A stretch of DNA of 64,000 bases from assembly GCA_023248535.1 (NCBI GenBank), contig JAHFEJ010000004.1, positions 3,012 through 67,011 of the forward strand. Direction: 5' to 3'. Numbering within the stretch: the stretch's first letter is position 1; each line of letters starts with the position of its first letter. Positions 18,910-29,185 of the stretch are shown here, in pieces. The DNA comes from Nitrospinales bacterium. Its GTDB lineage: Bacteria; Nitrospinota_A; UBA7883; JACRGQ01. The notes beneath the pieces are model-generated. The model was not told where the DNA came from. It ran no database searches and worked only from the letters and a program-made list of their open reading frames with translations. Position numbers and translations under genes: made by a program.

Positions 18910-20928
18910 CTAGGTTAAATCAAGCGTTGCTTTTCGCACGCGGGTGGTTTGGAATTCCAGCGCCTCGCGGGTTTTAGCCAGCGAATATTCGAATTCCCGT
19001 TCCAGCCGGGGATCGTTTTGCGAGGGAGGGGCGCTTACCCTCAGGTCAATCTTGTGCCCGGCCAGTTCCGCGCGCGAGAGCATGTCCGCCATTTCCATCA
19101 AAGCGGGGTTGATGCCCATACGGGTGTGGCGGAACTCGCCCCACGAATCGTGAAACACCATATCGACCCGCCGGATTTCCCCCGGCGATTCCGCCAAACC
19201 AAAGTTGGGGATCACGAACACCCGGACGACGGCTCGCTCGCCCAGATAATCGCCGCGGGATGGTTCATAGTGGTAGCCGGCAAAATAGGCATGCAGCTTG
19301 TTGAGCAGGTATTCCACATCCTCCTGGCTATAGGGAATCCCTTTTTCAGAGCGAAAGTAGAATTTTATGCCCGGTTTCCAGATGGCGTTGATGATCATCC
19401 ACACCATCATATCCACCAACGATTTCAGACGGTTGAGGGGCTGAACGGTGGAAAGTCCGGCGGTCACTTCCGAGGGGCTGCCGGTATAAAGCGCCCACCC
19501 CCGCTCTCCCCGAACCGATTTCTCAAGAAACAGCGAAAGTTTTTGCGCATCGGCCGGAATGGCCCGGTGAAAAAAAGCTATTTTGCCCGGCACCTGCTCA
19601 AAGTGGGTGAAAAGCTTGCGTCCCAACACCGTCATGTCATCCCGCGTTATATAGGTCAGCTTGTCGACATGGGTCTTCTGATAATCCGAAAGGCGGATGT
19701 AGGCATCAATGAAATAACGGTATACCCTGCCAAGGGAATTTAACCGGCGCTGGGGATCATGGGCAAACAGCTGTTGCAGGTCATCCGCTTCGTCCCCCTG
19801 CCACCCCCAGCGCTTCATAATGGCCGCCAATACCTGTTCCTTGGGCGAAAGCATTTCGGTGCGGGTCCGCAACAAGCGGTCAATGTCGTCCGGCTCAATG
19901 CCGGTTTTAAGGATGAACGCCCACTTCACCAGCGTCACCTCCTTCATCATCCCGCGTTGCACATAAAAGGCGTTGGAACGCTCGAACATCATGATATAGG
20001 GATCAATCTCCTCCAGCGGGCCGGCCGGGTCGAGAACCCGGCGTTTCACCTCCTCGCACAACAATCCCGCCAACGGATTGAACAGGTAGCTTTCCAGCAG
20101 TCCCATTTTCAACACCGACTTGAAAGGGGATCCAAGCGCCTTGTTGATCTGCCACAGAGCCGCGCCAAAGAACTCCTCTTCCTCGGCGTAAATGAGGTGC
20201 CCCAGGTCAATATATTCTTCCAGTCCTTCCATACCTTGCCGCCGCAAAGCGGTGTAAAGCCCCGCTGCTTCCAGTTCCGGGTAGTCGGGTGGAATAATCC
20301 ACCAGAGCGGTTTTCGCCCCGCCACCCAAATGGCGGTGCGGTAAAATTCGTCTTTGAACAACTTCCCCAACGCGGAGCCAACATTTTCCCGGTCCGTCTC
20401 CCCAAAAAGATTCAGGCGAAACTCGCTGATATCCTGCAAAAAGAAGTGCGCCTCCACCCGGTGCCGGGAATAGAGCCATTGCTCAATGGCGGCAAGCTTC
20501 CGTTTGAGTGAAAAAAGATCGGTCTGGGAAAACTCTTCTTTATCGATGAACAGAATGTAATCGAAATCGGATTTGTGCGTCTGCGCCACCGTTCCCAGGC
20601 TGCCGATGAGGGCGAGCGAAATTATTTTTGGCTCCTGGGCCGGATGGGCCGCCGCGCCTGGAGCGATCTCCGCCACCGCCTTCAGATGAAGTTCACGCGG
20701 AATGAAATTATGGATACCGGCGGGCGCGTCCAATACGGGCTTCAACCCCTCGATGCCGCTATAATTTGCGTGCAGCAACAGTGGCACCGCCCCAAAGACG
20801 GTGTTTTCGGCCGGGCTGAAGAGCGACACCGCGCCATAAATGCGGGCCACGTTGAACATGTCAAAGCGGTAGCGCTGCCGCCTTACCTGTTCGGGAATGA
20901 GCGGCGGCGCCGCCAAGCCGCCACTCAT
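18910..20928 (-). CDS. cyaA: Class I adenylate cyclase
   Basis: GSLGTVAQT.KSDFD nucleotidyltransferase motif; E.HFF, KDEFYRT, G..P.WW, EEFFGAALWQ..K...SPFKSVLK..LLE.Y. Confidence 0.88.
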   Translation of the reverse strand: MSGGLAAPPLIPEQVRRQRYRFDMFNVARIYGAVSLFSPAENTVFGAVPLLLHANYSGIEGLKPVLDAPAGIHNFIPRELHLKAVAEIAPGAAAHPAQEPKIISLALIGSLGTVAQTHKSDFDYILFIDKEEFSQTDLFSLKRKLAAIEQWLYSRHRVEAHFFLQDISEFRLNLFGETDRENVGSALGKLFKDEFYRTAIWVAGRKPLWWIIPPDYPELEAAGLYTALRRQGMEGLEEYIDLGHLIYAEEEEFFGAALWQINKALGSPFKSVLKMGLLESYLFNPLAGLLCEEVKRRVLDPAGPLEEIDPYIMMFERSNAFYVQRGMMKEVTLVKWAFILKTGIEPDDIDRLLRTRTEMLSPKEQVLAAIMKRWGWQGDEADDLQQLFAHDPQRRLNSLGRVYRYFIDAYIRLSDYQKTHVDKLTYITRDDMTVLGRKLFTHFEQVPGKIAFFHRAIPADAQKLSLFLEKSVRGERGWALYTGSPSEVTAGLSTVQPLNRLKSLVDMMVWMIINAIWKPGIKFYFRSEKGIPYSQEDVEYLLNKLHAYFAGYHYEPSRGDYLGERAVVRVFVIPNFGLAESPGEIRRVDMVFHDSWGEFRHTRMGINPALMEMADMLSRAELAGHKIDLRVSAPPSQNDPRLEREFEYSLAKTREALEFQTTRVRKATLDLT

Positions 20929-21082
20929 GGTTTTTCCCGCGCCGCGTGGATGTCAATATCTCCTGAGGACATCATGCCGATATATTACCCTTATCGGGAC
21001 ATCTTTTCCCCCGTAACAATGAAGAACGGGCCATAACCGGATATTTGCCCAATATCCGGCTCCCGGCTGTTATAATCGCCCG

Positions 21083-22366
21083 ATGGAAACATTCAAACAC
21101 AAGCTCTCAATACTCCCGGGGAACCTCCGTTGCCTTACCATACCGGTGCCGATGAACCGCTCGATGACCCTGTTGGTGCTGGTGCGGGTGGGAAGCCGCT
21201 ATGAAACAAAGGAGATTAACGGCATTTCGCACTTTATGGAACATATGTTCTTCAAGGGGGCGGAGAAGTACCCCGACACGATGGCGGTGGCGGGCGCCAT
21301 CGACGGCGCGGGGGGAAGCTTTAACGCATTCACCGGCGAGGAAATCGTCGGGTACTACGTCAAAATATCGTCCGCGCGCAAGGAGATCGCCTACGATGTG
21401 CTCTCGGACATGCTTCTGCACGCCAAATTCGACGCGGCGGAGATCGCCCGCGAACGGGGGGTGATCATCGAGGAGATCCGGATGCACCATGACGATCCGC
21501 AGAACCAGGTGTATCAGGATTTCCACCGCCTCGTTTTCGGTGATCAGCCGCTCGGCTGGGATATCGCTGGCACTGAAGAACGGGTGACCGCCATGTCGCA
21601 TGATCACTTCGCGGAACACCACCGCCGCTTCTATTACGGCGCGAACACGGTGATCACCGCGGCCGGCGGCATAACCCCCGGCGAACACGAAGCGCTATGC
21701 GAAAAATATTTCCGCTTCGCCGCCGCGGGAACCGCCCCCGCCATGCCGGCCCCTTTCGCGCGGCAGGAAGCGGACCGCATGCTCATCCGCGAGCGGGATA
21801 CCGAGCAGGCTCACTTTGTTTTCGGTTTTCCCGCCTGCGCGGCGGAGACCGAGGACGAAAAAGTGCTGAAGGTGGCCTCCGTCATTTTGGGCGGTTCCAT
21901 GAGTTCGCGCCTTTTTTACCAGATACGCGAGCGGCGCGGGCTGGCCTATTACGTCAACGCCTCGTTCTCCCCGTATCAGGATACCGGCGTGTTCCAGGTG
22001 AGCGCCGGTGTGAACCTGGACAAAATACAGGACGCGCTCAAATACGCGCTGGAGGAAATGGACAAGCTGAAACGCGAACCGGTGACGGATGAAGAGCTGG
22101 CGCGTTCGAAGGAGAACATCAAAGGGCATACCGATCTGGCACTTGAGGACAGCCGCCGGGTCGCCAGCCTCTACGGGGTGCGCGAACTGCTATACAACAA
22201 CATAAAGACCCCTGAAATGCTGGCGGCCGAAGTCGATAGCGTGACGGCGGAACAGATTCAAGCCGCCGCGCAACGCTATTTCACCGACGCCGCCATGAAG
22301 CTCGCCGTCGTCGGCCCCCTTAAGCGGGACGATACGTGGGATAAAGCTTTCCGCCTCTCGGTTTGA
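21083..22366 (+). CDS. M16 (pitrilysin-family) zinc peptidase
   Basis: GSRYE, GISHFMEHM.FKG (HxxEH), NAFT, SSRLF..IRE.RGLAY. Confidence 0.94.
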   Translation: METFKHKLSILPGNLRCLTIPVPMNRSMTLLVLVRVGSRYETKEINGISHFMEHMFFKGAEKYPDTMAVAGAIDGAGGSFNAFTGEEIVGYYVKISSARKEIAYDVLSDMLLHAKFDAAEIARERGVIIEEIRMHHDDPQNQVYQDFHRLVFGDQPLGWDIAGTEERVTAMSHDHFAEHHRRFYYGANTVITAAGGITPGEHEALCEKYFRFAAAGTAPAMPAPFARQEADRMLIRERDTEQAHFVFGFPACAAETEDEKVLKVASVILGGSMSSRLFYQIRERRGLAYYVNASFSPYQDTGVFQVSAGVNLDKIQDALKYALEEMDKLKREPVTDEELARSKENIKGHTDLALEDSRRVASLYGVRELLYNNIKTPEMLAAEVDSVTAEQIQAAAQRYFTDAAMKLAVVGPLKRDDTWDKAFRLSV

Positions 22367-22376
22367 ACCCCGGAAG

Positions 22377-23111
22377 CTACAGCTTCGTCTTGAGAAACGC
22401 CTGGGCGACGATATCGATTTCCTTAACGGTAAGGTCGCGTTTCATTTCCATGAAAGAGCGGGAGCGGGAGATGATGTTGAGCAGCCATTTCCGCTGTTCA
22501 GGCTCGGTCTTCTTATGCAGCAACAGGCGGAAGCGGGTGGTGATGTCCTTGACGAGGGCCTTCACCTCGGCATCCGCCACTAACGCGTTCACATCGACCA
22601 GGCGGGTAACTTCGTTGCGATAGGCCTCTTTCTTCCTGTCGCAAAGGTCTTCGTACTGGTGGATCAATTCGGTGCCATGCGCCTGTTTCAACGCCATGAT
22701 GATCCCCTCGGCGACCTGGCGCGGCACAAAACCGTCCACCGGCTCAACCAGCAGCCTTTCGCTCGTCTCTTCATCTTTAGGGAAATGCACTTCGATATCG
22801 AACAGCAGCGCGCGCCCCAGATAATCGTGCCGGACCTCTTCCCATTTCCGCCTCTGCAGGTATTTGGTCATCCGCTCGTTGAACGCGGTGGTCGTGGTGG
22901 ACGCCACGCGCTGGATTTCCGGCATCATTTCGGCCAGCGCCTTATTGATCTGGTCGCGCGGCACGCCCGCCTTGAGAAGCTTCTGCACGAACGTGGTAAG
23001 CACCTCTTTGAACCCCTGCGAAAAAAAGGGGGTTGTCAGCGCTTTCGGAAGCGATTCATCCGGCTCCACCGGGGGGGCCGGGGCCGCATTCCTTTCCATT
23101 TGCCCTATCAT
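22377..23111 (-). CDS. Hypothetical helical protein
   Basis: 244-aa ORF with normal composition filling the gap; TACAAT 9 nt upstream of the ATG. Confidence 0.7.
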   Translation of the reverse strand: MIGQMERNAAPAPPVEPDESLPKALTTPFFSQGFKEVLTTFVQKLLKAGVPRDQINKALAEMMPEIQRVASTTTTAFNERMTKYLQRRKWEEVRHDYLGRALLFDIEVHFPKDEETSERLLVEPVDGFVPRQVAEGIIMALKQAHGTELIHQYEDLCDRKKEAYRNEVTRLVDVNALVADAEVKALVKDITTRFRLLLHKKTEPEQRKWLLNIISRSRSFMEMKRDLTVKEIDIVAQAFLKTKL

Positions 23112-23250
23112 CGTTGTTTAATTGTACCGCACTCGGGCAAATATGCAAAAAATATGGCGATTTGACCCCTAAGGGGCATTTAAGGGGGAGCTTTTGCACT
23201 CGAAAATGCTATTATAACCCCCAATGCCGAAGGGCACTTTTGGGAGAAAG

Positions 23251-24396
23251 ATGAAAAACCGCTTTCGTTTTCTTTTTGCCGGATTGGCGGCAATACTCTG
23301 GCTTCCGGCAACGACCCACGCCGCGGGCTACCCGCTTCAGCTTGACGGCGATACCTTCGCCACACTGAGCGTCCGGATACAGGCCGCCGCGGTTCTGGCG
23401 CAGGATCAGGCCGGCGCCGCCAATGGCGACGCCTCGCAGGGGGGTACTCATTATGATTTCTTCGCGCGGCGCATTCAGTTACTCGCCGCCGGACAGGTGA
23501 CCCCCGCCCTCTCGTTCATGATCATGATGGAGCATGCCCGCTACGGCGAAAACTACTCCCGTGGCACCGGCATCCAGACAGCCGACGCGTGGGTGCAATG
23601 GAACATGTCCGAAGCGTTCCACCTGATGACCGGAGCCTACCTTCCGCCATTCTCGCGCAACCAGCTTACCTCCGCGATGTACTTCATCGGGCCGGACCGC
23701 CCGATCTTGGAGAGCATGATGCTGGAATCCCCCGGCATGTACGAAAAGCGGGATCGTGGCGCCGTCCTCTGGGGCAACTTCAGCGGGCTGCAATACCGCG
23801 TTGCCGTTGGCAAAGGGGCAAAGAGCAGGGTTTTGGGCGACGAAACGCTCCGCACTACGTGGCGCGTGCACTATGCATTCCTGGATCCCGAGCCGGTTTA
23901 TTACTACAAGGAAAGCTACCTGGGAAAATCGCGCATCTTCACCGCCGGTTATTCCGTGGACAAACAGGATAAAGTCTCGCTGGATCCCGGCGGCAATCCC
24001 GCCCCTTACAGCGCGTGGACCTCCGACCTGCTCATGGAGGGGGGTGACGGCGGCACCATTTACACCGTACTCTACGCGTATTACAAATACGACTGGGGGA
24101 ACCCCGACCGCACCGGCACGGACGGCTTTTATCTGCAGGGCACCGGATGGACGCTGACCACCGCCTATCTGTCGGCAGGGATGCAGCCATACCTCCGTTA
24201 CACCGATTGGGTCGCCGCCAGCCTGGCCCCCAGCGCCAAGCAGAAGCGGTGGGCCATCGGGACGAATTACTACCTGAAGGGGCACGAATCAAAGTTCACG
24301 TTCGAATACGAGTCCATCAGCTTCGATCTCGAAGGCCCCACATACGATATGAAGAACCACGGCGTCTTCACCCTCCAGTTTCAAACCGCGTTTTAG
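23251..24396 (+). CDS. Outer-membrane porin (OprO/P or ExtI-like beta-barrel)
   Basis: Signal peptide, alternating beta-strands, F..RR..L, PFSR..L, RDRG..LWG, G.NYY.KGH..K, C-terminal Phe. Confidence 0.82.
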   Translation: MKNRFRFLFAGLAAILWLPATTHAAGYPLQLDGDTFATLSVRIQAAAVLAQDQAGAANGDASQGGTHYDFFARRIQLLAAGQVTPALSFMIMMEHARYGENYSRGTGIQTADAWVQWNMSEAFHLMTGAYLPPFSRNQLTSAMYFIGPDRPILESMMLESPGMYEKRDRGAVLWGNFSGLQYRVAVGKGAKSRVLGDETLRTTWRVHYAFLDPEPVYYYKESYLGKSRIFTAGYSVDKQDKVSLDPGGNPAPYSAWTSDLLMEGGDGGTIYTVLYAYYKYDWGNPDRTGTDGFYLQGTGWTLTTAYLSAGMQPYLRYTDWVAASLAPSAKQKRWAIGTNYYLKGHESKFTFEYESISFDLEGPTYDMKNHGVFTLQFQTAF

Positions 24397-24404
24397 CCTC
24401 TCCA

Positions 24405-24604
24405 TGTCATGCCGGGCTTGACCCGGCACCCAGAAAAATTATCAATGCTTCCCTCAATCGGCCCCTTGGGCCGAGGTACATGCTGAGAGCATGTACCCGC
24501 CGGGCTTCCGGGTGAGTACACAATTCATTGTGTACGCTGGCGCGCCAGCGCCAAGAGAGGTCGGCCCGTACGGGCCGATGTACCCAATAAATTGTGTACC
24601 CACC
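24405..24604. repeat. REP/REPIN cluster (family B arm plus family A modules)
   Basis: TGTCATGCCGGGCTTGACCCGGCACCCAG; GTACATGCTGAGAGCATGTAC; GTACACAATTCATTGTGTAC; TCGGCCC..GGGCCGA and TGGCGC..GCGCCA hairpins, all recurring elsewhere in the window. Confidence 0.88.
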
Positions 24605-24617
24605 CAGGAATGCGGAA

Positions 24618-24654
24618 GAAAAAGAAAAGGGGGTCTTTTTTCAAAGGCCCCCTT
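24618..24654 (-). terminator. Rho-independent terminator of the lipoprotein gene
   Basis: AAGGGGGTC..GGCCCCCTT stem with an A-run on the left (U-tail on the minus strand). Confidence 0.65.
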
Positions 24655-24679
24655 CGTGCGGTTTTAAAGAACCGGTTTG

Positions 24680-26524
24680 TTATTTAACCGGCTTTGCTAT
24701 CCCTGACACTCCCGGTTTTGCGTAGGGAAGGTATCCAGAAGCATACGCAGTGGTTGTAGGTGTAGCAACAACTACGCTGCCGCTTGCATTGACCGTCATG
24801 GTCGCCGCAACAAACCAACCATTCACGTTCGTACTATTAAACGTATAGGTCCACGGCCCGTAGCTGTTGCTGCCGAGCTGGAGCGACACCACGATATCCG
24901 CCTTGGCATCGCCATGCAGCGAATACGAATGCACCGCAAGGACGTAGAACCCCTGCGCCAGTTTAGAGGCGGTCATGTGTTCCGGCCCGTAGCCGTTCGT
25001 ATCGTCGATGTCGTAAAGGATGTCGCAACTTGTGTTGCTGTCCACGCTCACGCCGGCATAATTTGAGCCGGTATCGGTGCACGCATAGCCAGTCTGGCTA
25101 AAGCCGCTTGCATAATATATATGCCAGAGGGCCGTGGCGGGGGTAAGGGTAGCTGCTGTACTGGCTGGAGCCGTGCTGTAGAAGAAAAGGTGGGTATCCA
25201 TATCGGAGTTTGATGTGGATGTGCCATTGCTCCAGGTAAGCGTCGCCGTCATCGTGTTGGCCGTAACGGTGCCGCTGTTGCCCGACGAGGTGGTGGTGCT
25301 GGCGCCGGTGCTCGCCGTGAAGACGCCGCTCCCCTCGTTCATGGTGGGGTAGTTGCACTGCGCGCCCGTCATGGCGCTGACGCTGGCGAAGGATTGGGCC
25401 GTCTGCCCGGTAACGGTGACCGTCACGGTGCCATCCGCGGCGTAGACTACGGTGGTGTTGCCGTTTATGGTAATGCTTCCCGCCGTGGTATGTGCGCTGG
25501 CGAAGGTGTACCGGATCGGGGTATTCGTCACCACCGAGAACGTGCCGCCGTCGCAGAACGAGGCCGGCGTATAGGTGATGGAGGCGGTTCCGCTAATGGA
25601 AACATCCTGATAGGTGGTGGTGGTCGTGGTGGCGGTGGTGAAATTGGTGAACGAGGCGGTAACGCTGTACGCCACGCTGGAAGCCGTCCAGTCATCCTTG
25701 AAGGAGCCATTCATCTTGACGGTGTTGGTGGTTGTCGTATGGGCCGTTTCGACTATCAGGTTGGTGAACGTGAACGTTGAAGCGCTGGCGGTTCCCGACA
25801 TATAGTCGGTCAGGGTCATCGTCCCGTTCGCCGTATCGCTAAAGGTGTAACTGCCGGTGGCGGTGCCGGCCGTATAGGTGCTTGTCAACGTAATGGCCGA
25901 CGACATTTTTGAGACAAGGGTGGTATACGTCGTGCCGCTTACGTTGTAGGCCAACATGACGAGGGGAGTGGCGGAGGTGCCAAGGGTAATGCTGAAAGAA
26001 TTGGCGCTGCCGGAAACGGTGATCGTTCCATCCATCTGGACGCCCGCTTCGCGGCAGGTGTTAAACGTCATGCTTACCGCTGTCGCGCTGGTGGCGGAGA
26101 AAGTGGCCGTGCCTCCGTCGGTGCAGGCAACCGAACCGGAAGTCGCCGCGCGGGCGCCTGCCACGGCCTTTTGATGCTGGCCGATCTTGTTAAAAACCGA
26201 CAATGCCGCCATCTTGCCGGTAGCCTGCGAGAGGGTGTTTACTTTGGCATCGGACGATTGAAGCGGGACGGGCGATGCCGTCTTCGGCGCCGCAACCGTG
26301 CCCCCCATCGAGGTGACCGATATTTTGTCTATATTGGAAAAGGTGGTGCTGGCGCCCTGAGCCATCGATGCCGCCTGCACATTGGAAGAAGTTGCCTGTG
26401 TGCCTGCCGCCGCGGTGCTGATTGTGGTTGTTGTGGTTGCTGGCGCAGTAGTGCCGCCGCCACCGCCGCCGCCGCAAGCCGCGATAAACGATCCGATCAT
26501 AAGAGTAATGATCAGCTTCTTCAT
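24680..26524 (-). CDS. Large Thr/Ser-rich lipoprotein with C-terminal YfaP/DUF2135-like domain
   Basis: Lipobox IAAC followed by poly-Gly; TLTW...D.D.H and D.DDTNGYGPEH motifs; SD GGAGG before ATG 26524. Confidence 0.8.
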   Translation of the reverse strand: MKKLIITLMIGSFIAACGGGGGGGTTAPATTTTTISTAAAGTQATSSNVQAASMAQGASTTFSNIDKISVTSMGGTVAAPKTASPVPLQSSDAKVNTLSQATGKMAALSVFNKIGQHQKAVAGARAATSGSVACTDGGTATFSATSATAVSMTFNTCREAGVQMDGTITVSGSANSFSITLGTSATPLVMLAYNVSGTTYTTLVSKMSSAITLTSTYTAGTATGSYTFSDTANGTMTLTDYMSGTASASTFTFTNLIVETAHTTTTNTVKMNGSFKDDWTASSVAYSVTASFTNFTTATTTTTTYQDVSISGTASITYTPASFCDGGTFSVVTNTPIRYTFASAHTTAGSITINGNTTVVYAADGTVTVTVTGQTAQSFASVSAMTGAQCNYPTMNEGSGVFTASTGASTTTSSGNSGTVTANTMTATLTWSNGTSTSNSDMDTHLFFYSTAPASTAATLTPATALWHIYYASGFSQTGYACTDTGSNYAGVSVDSNTSCDILYDIDDTNGYGPEHMTASKLAQGFYVLAVHSYSLHGDAKADIVVSLQLGSNSYGPWTYTFNSTNVNGWFVAATMTVNASGSVVVATPTTTAYASGYLPYAKPGVSGIAKPVK

Positions 26525-26704
26525 GACACCCTCCATATTTCTTGCCTGTTTGACCTAAAATCTCTCAACTCCATTCTAACGCCACTTTCCCGTTTTGCGT
26601 GGCTTTGTTCACTAAATTGGGAAAGAATGACGTCGATCGCTAAAGACTTGCTATTAGATGTAAAAAGATGAAGAACACGGTTCATGCGAACCGCCCGCCC
26701 GCGC

Positions 26705-27544
26705 TTATTTTCCGCCGAGCCGTTCAAGCCAGGCGCGGGCGCGGGTTTCGGGATCGGAATGCCCGGTAACATCGGTGATGACGCTCACCATATCCGCGCC
26801 TGTATCCAAAACTTCGCCCGCACGTTCCAGCGTGATCCCCCCGATGGCGGCCAACGGATAATTGAACAACCGCTTCCAAAGCCGCACGGCATCAAGCCCC
26901 TGCGGGGCAAAGGCCATCGACTTTATCTTTGTGGGATAAATGGGGCCTAGCGCGATGTAAGAGGGAGACAGGCCATGTGCGACTGCCGCCTCGTGATAGC
27001 AGTGGGTGCTGACGCCAAGCCGCAGTCCCGCCGCGCAGATGGCGGCGATATCAGCGGCCAGAATATCCTCCTGCCCCAAATGCACCCCGTACGCGCCATG
27101 CTTTATGGCAAGCCGCCAAAAATCGTTTATAAAAAGCCGGATGCTTCTTTCGCGGCAAAACGCCACGCTTTTGATTATCTCGCTCTCCAACCCGGCCCCC
27201 TCCAGAGTTTTTACCCGGAGCTGCATGATCCTCACACCGCACTCCGCCAGCCGCTTCACCCACTCGAACGAATCGACGATCGGATAAAAATCCGGCCACG
27301 GTACCTCGATGGCGGGGAACGGCTGAGGCTCAACTGCTGGATGCCGCACGACCCACGGAAAATCCGCCGGTTCGCAGGGGAACGGCGGCGGCTCCTCCGC
27401 CGCCGCACGGTAGGCATGCTGCATGAATCCGCGCGCCATGACAATCGCGTCGCGCATTTCAAGGCCGTGGGCCATACCCGCCGCGATGGCGGTGGCCAGG
27501 TTGGCGATCATCCCTTTGTGTTCCGACACACGTTGCGGCTGCAA
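26705..27544 (-). CDS. thiE: Thiamine-phosphate synthase (carries the C-terminal tail of a ThiD-like domain)
   Basis: QLR.K, FIND, GVHLGQED, GVSTH, YIALGPIYPT..K, AIGGI. Confidence 0.9.
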   Translation of the reverse strand: MQPQRVSEHKGMIANLATAIAAGMAHGLEMRDAIVMARGFMQHAYRAAAEEPPPFPCEPADFPWVVRHPAVEPQPFPAIEVPWPDFYPIVDSFEWVKRLAECGVRIMQLRVKTLEGAGLESEIIKSVAFCRERSIRLFINDFWRLAIKHGAYGVHLGQEDILAADIAAICAAGLRLGVSTHCYHEAAVAHGLSPSYIALGPIYPTKIKSMAFAPQGLDAVRLWKRLFNYPLAAIGGITLERAGEVLDTGADMVSVITDVTGHSDPETRARAWLERLGGK

Positions 27545-27586
27545 CCTGTTTGTGGCTATCCAATAACGCTCAGTCCCGTCGGTGAA

Positions 27587-28177
27587 CTAATCAAAGACAG
27601 CGGTTCCTCCCGGCAGTTGCCCCCCTTTCAGCAACACCGCCTTGGGCCCCATACCCAAAACCTCTTCGGCGGCCCGCACCATCTGATCGTGATCAACAAT
27701 AGGCCTGTTGAGCAACTGCTCGGCCTCGTCGATATCGGGGGTAAAAAGAGCAGTAACGGGAAATACGTTTTTCGTGATGAAATCGGCCGTTTCGGCATCA
27801 ATGTGGTTTTCCGAGAGCGAACCAAAAACGTCGCCATCCAGAATAACCCGCGCATCCGCCCCTTCCAGAGCGTGAAGCAACACCGCGAGGTGCCCCTCAT
27901 CGTAAACCGGCCCCACCTTAACAACCGGATGCCCTCCCGCTTCATCAAGCGCGGCGTCAAGATCATCGAGAAAATCGTCTGGATGGGTGAGCGACAGATG
28001 CACCGGTTCGCCGGGAATCATCACCATGGACGAGGTAATGGCGGGGCGCAGCGGCATGTCGAGCGCATCGAGCGTCCGCTCGTCGCATTCCAGGCTGCCG
28101 GGGCGGTCGATGCCATGCTCCCCGGCGGCGATGACGAAAGGGGCCTTGAGTCCGTCCTTTACGTTGGGGTGGCGCAC
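27587..28177 (-). pseudogene. thiD: Degenerate ThiD (HMP kinase)-like domain, in frame with thiE but interrupted by TAG
   Basis: TP...EAE.L and VLLKGG motifs retained; catalytic GSDSGGGAGIQAD and HGTGC absent; the frame continues past TAG 27589-27587 into thiE. Confidence 0.7.
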
Positions 28178-28196
28178 GTCGCGTCCGGGTGCCGTA

Positions 28197-28982
28197 TTAT
28201 TTTTTCTCCTGGTGCCAAAACGGCGTGCCGACCACCGGGGTGGAGGGGGTGGCGAACTCGCGCTCCGGCATCATCCCGGCCTGATACGCCTTGCGCCCCG
28301 CATCTATCGCCATCGCGAAGGCGCGGGCCATCTCCACCGGATCGCGCGCCAGCGAAACGGCGGTGTTCAGCAACACGCCGTCGAACCCCATCTCCATCAC
28401 GGCCGCGGCGTGGCTCGGCTTTCCCAGCCCCGCGTCGATGATACAGGGGACATCCTTGAACCGGGCGCGGAATGTTCTTAACGAATGGGGGTTCGCCGGG
28501 CCGCGCCCGCTGCCGATGGGGGCCGCCCACGGCATCAGCACCTTGCAACCGGCGTCCAGCAGCCGTTCGGCGAAAACGAGGTCGTCCGTCATATAGGGGA
28601 ACACCTCGAAACCTTCTTTGATAAGTATCTTGGCCGCCTCCACCGTGCCGAATGGATCGGGCTGGAGGTTGTAGTCGTCGCCGATAACCTCCAGTTTTAT
28701 CCAATCGGTGTTGAACACTTCACGGGCCATGCGAGACACCGTCAGCGCATCCTTCACGCTGTAGCACCCGGCGGTGTTCGGCAGGATGTTGAGCTGCATC
28801 TCCTTCAACAGGTTCAGGAAGGCGTTGCTGTCCCATTTGCCGCTGCCGTAACGGCGCAGCGACACGGTGACCACTTCGGAGCCGGATGCCTCGATCGCCT
28901 GCCGCATGGTCTCCGGCGAGGGATACCGGGCCGTGCCGATAAGAAACCTGCTGAATAATTCTTTGCCGCCCAAACGCAACAT
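28197..28982 (-). CDS. thiG: Thiazole synthase
   Basis: [37 protein letters not shown]. Confidence 0.96.
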   Translation of the reverse strand: MLRLGGKELFSRFLIGTARYPSPETMRQAIEASGSEVVTVSLRRYGSGKWDSNAFLNLLKEMQLNILPNTAGCYSVKDALTVSRMAREVFNTDWIKLEVIGDDYNLQPDPFGTVEAAKILIKEGFEVFPYMTDDLVFAERLLDAGCKVLMPWAAPIGSGRGPANPHSLRTFRARFKDVPCIIDAGLGKPSHAAAVMEMGFDGVLLNTAVSLARDPVEMARAFAMAIDAGRKAYQAGMMPEREFATPSTPVVGTPFWHQEKK

Positions 28983-28984
28983 CG

Positions 28985-29185
28985 TCAACCTCCGGGAAAG
29001 GGCGTGACGATCTCGATATCGTCACCTTCGCCCAGTTTTGTTTTTTCGTAATCGCCGCGGGGGACGAACTCGCCGTTGAGGGCCACCGAGAAAAACTTCA
29101 CATCCCCTCCCAGCGATTTTACCAGTTGGGCGACGTTTTCAACCCTGTCAAATTCGCGGGCTTCGCCGTTGACAACCAGCTTCAT
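28985..29185 (-). CDS. thiS: Sulfur carrier ThiS
   Basis: 66 aa, VNGE, VALN.EFVPR, C-terminal GG. Confidence 0.95.
   Translation of the reverse strand: MKLVVNGEAREFDRVENVAQLVKSLGGDVKFFSVALNGEFVPRGDYEKTKLGEGDDIEIVTPFPGG

Noticed and set aside
20991-21017. Possible sigma28 promoter for cyaA (CCCGATAA, minus strand)
   Set aside because: The -35 element matches TAAA poorly; too weak to call
27587-27589. Genome-wide TAG reassignment
   Set aside because: TAG ends full-length fliN, secA, folC, fliG and the porin at their natural C-termini; no pyl genes in the window
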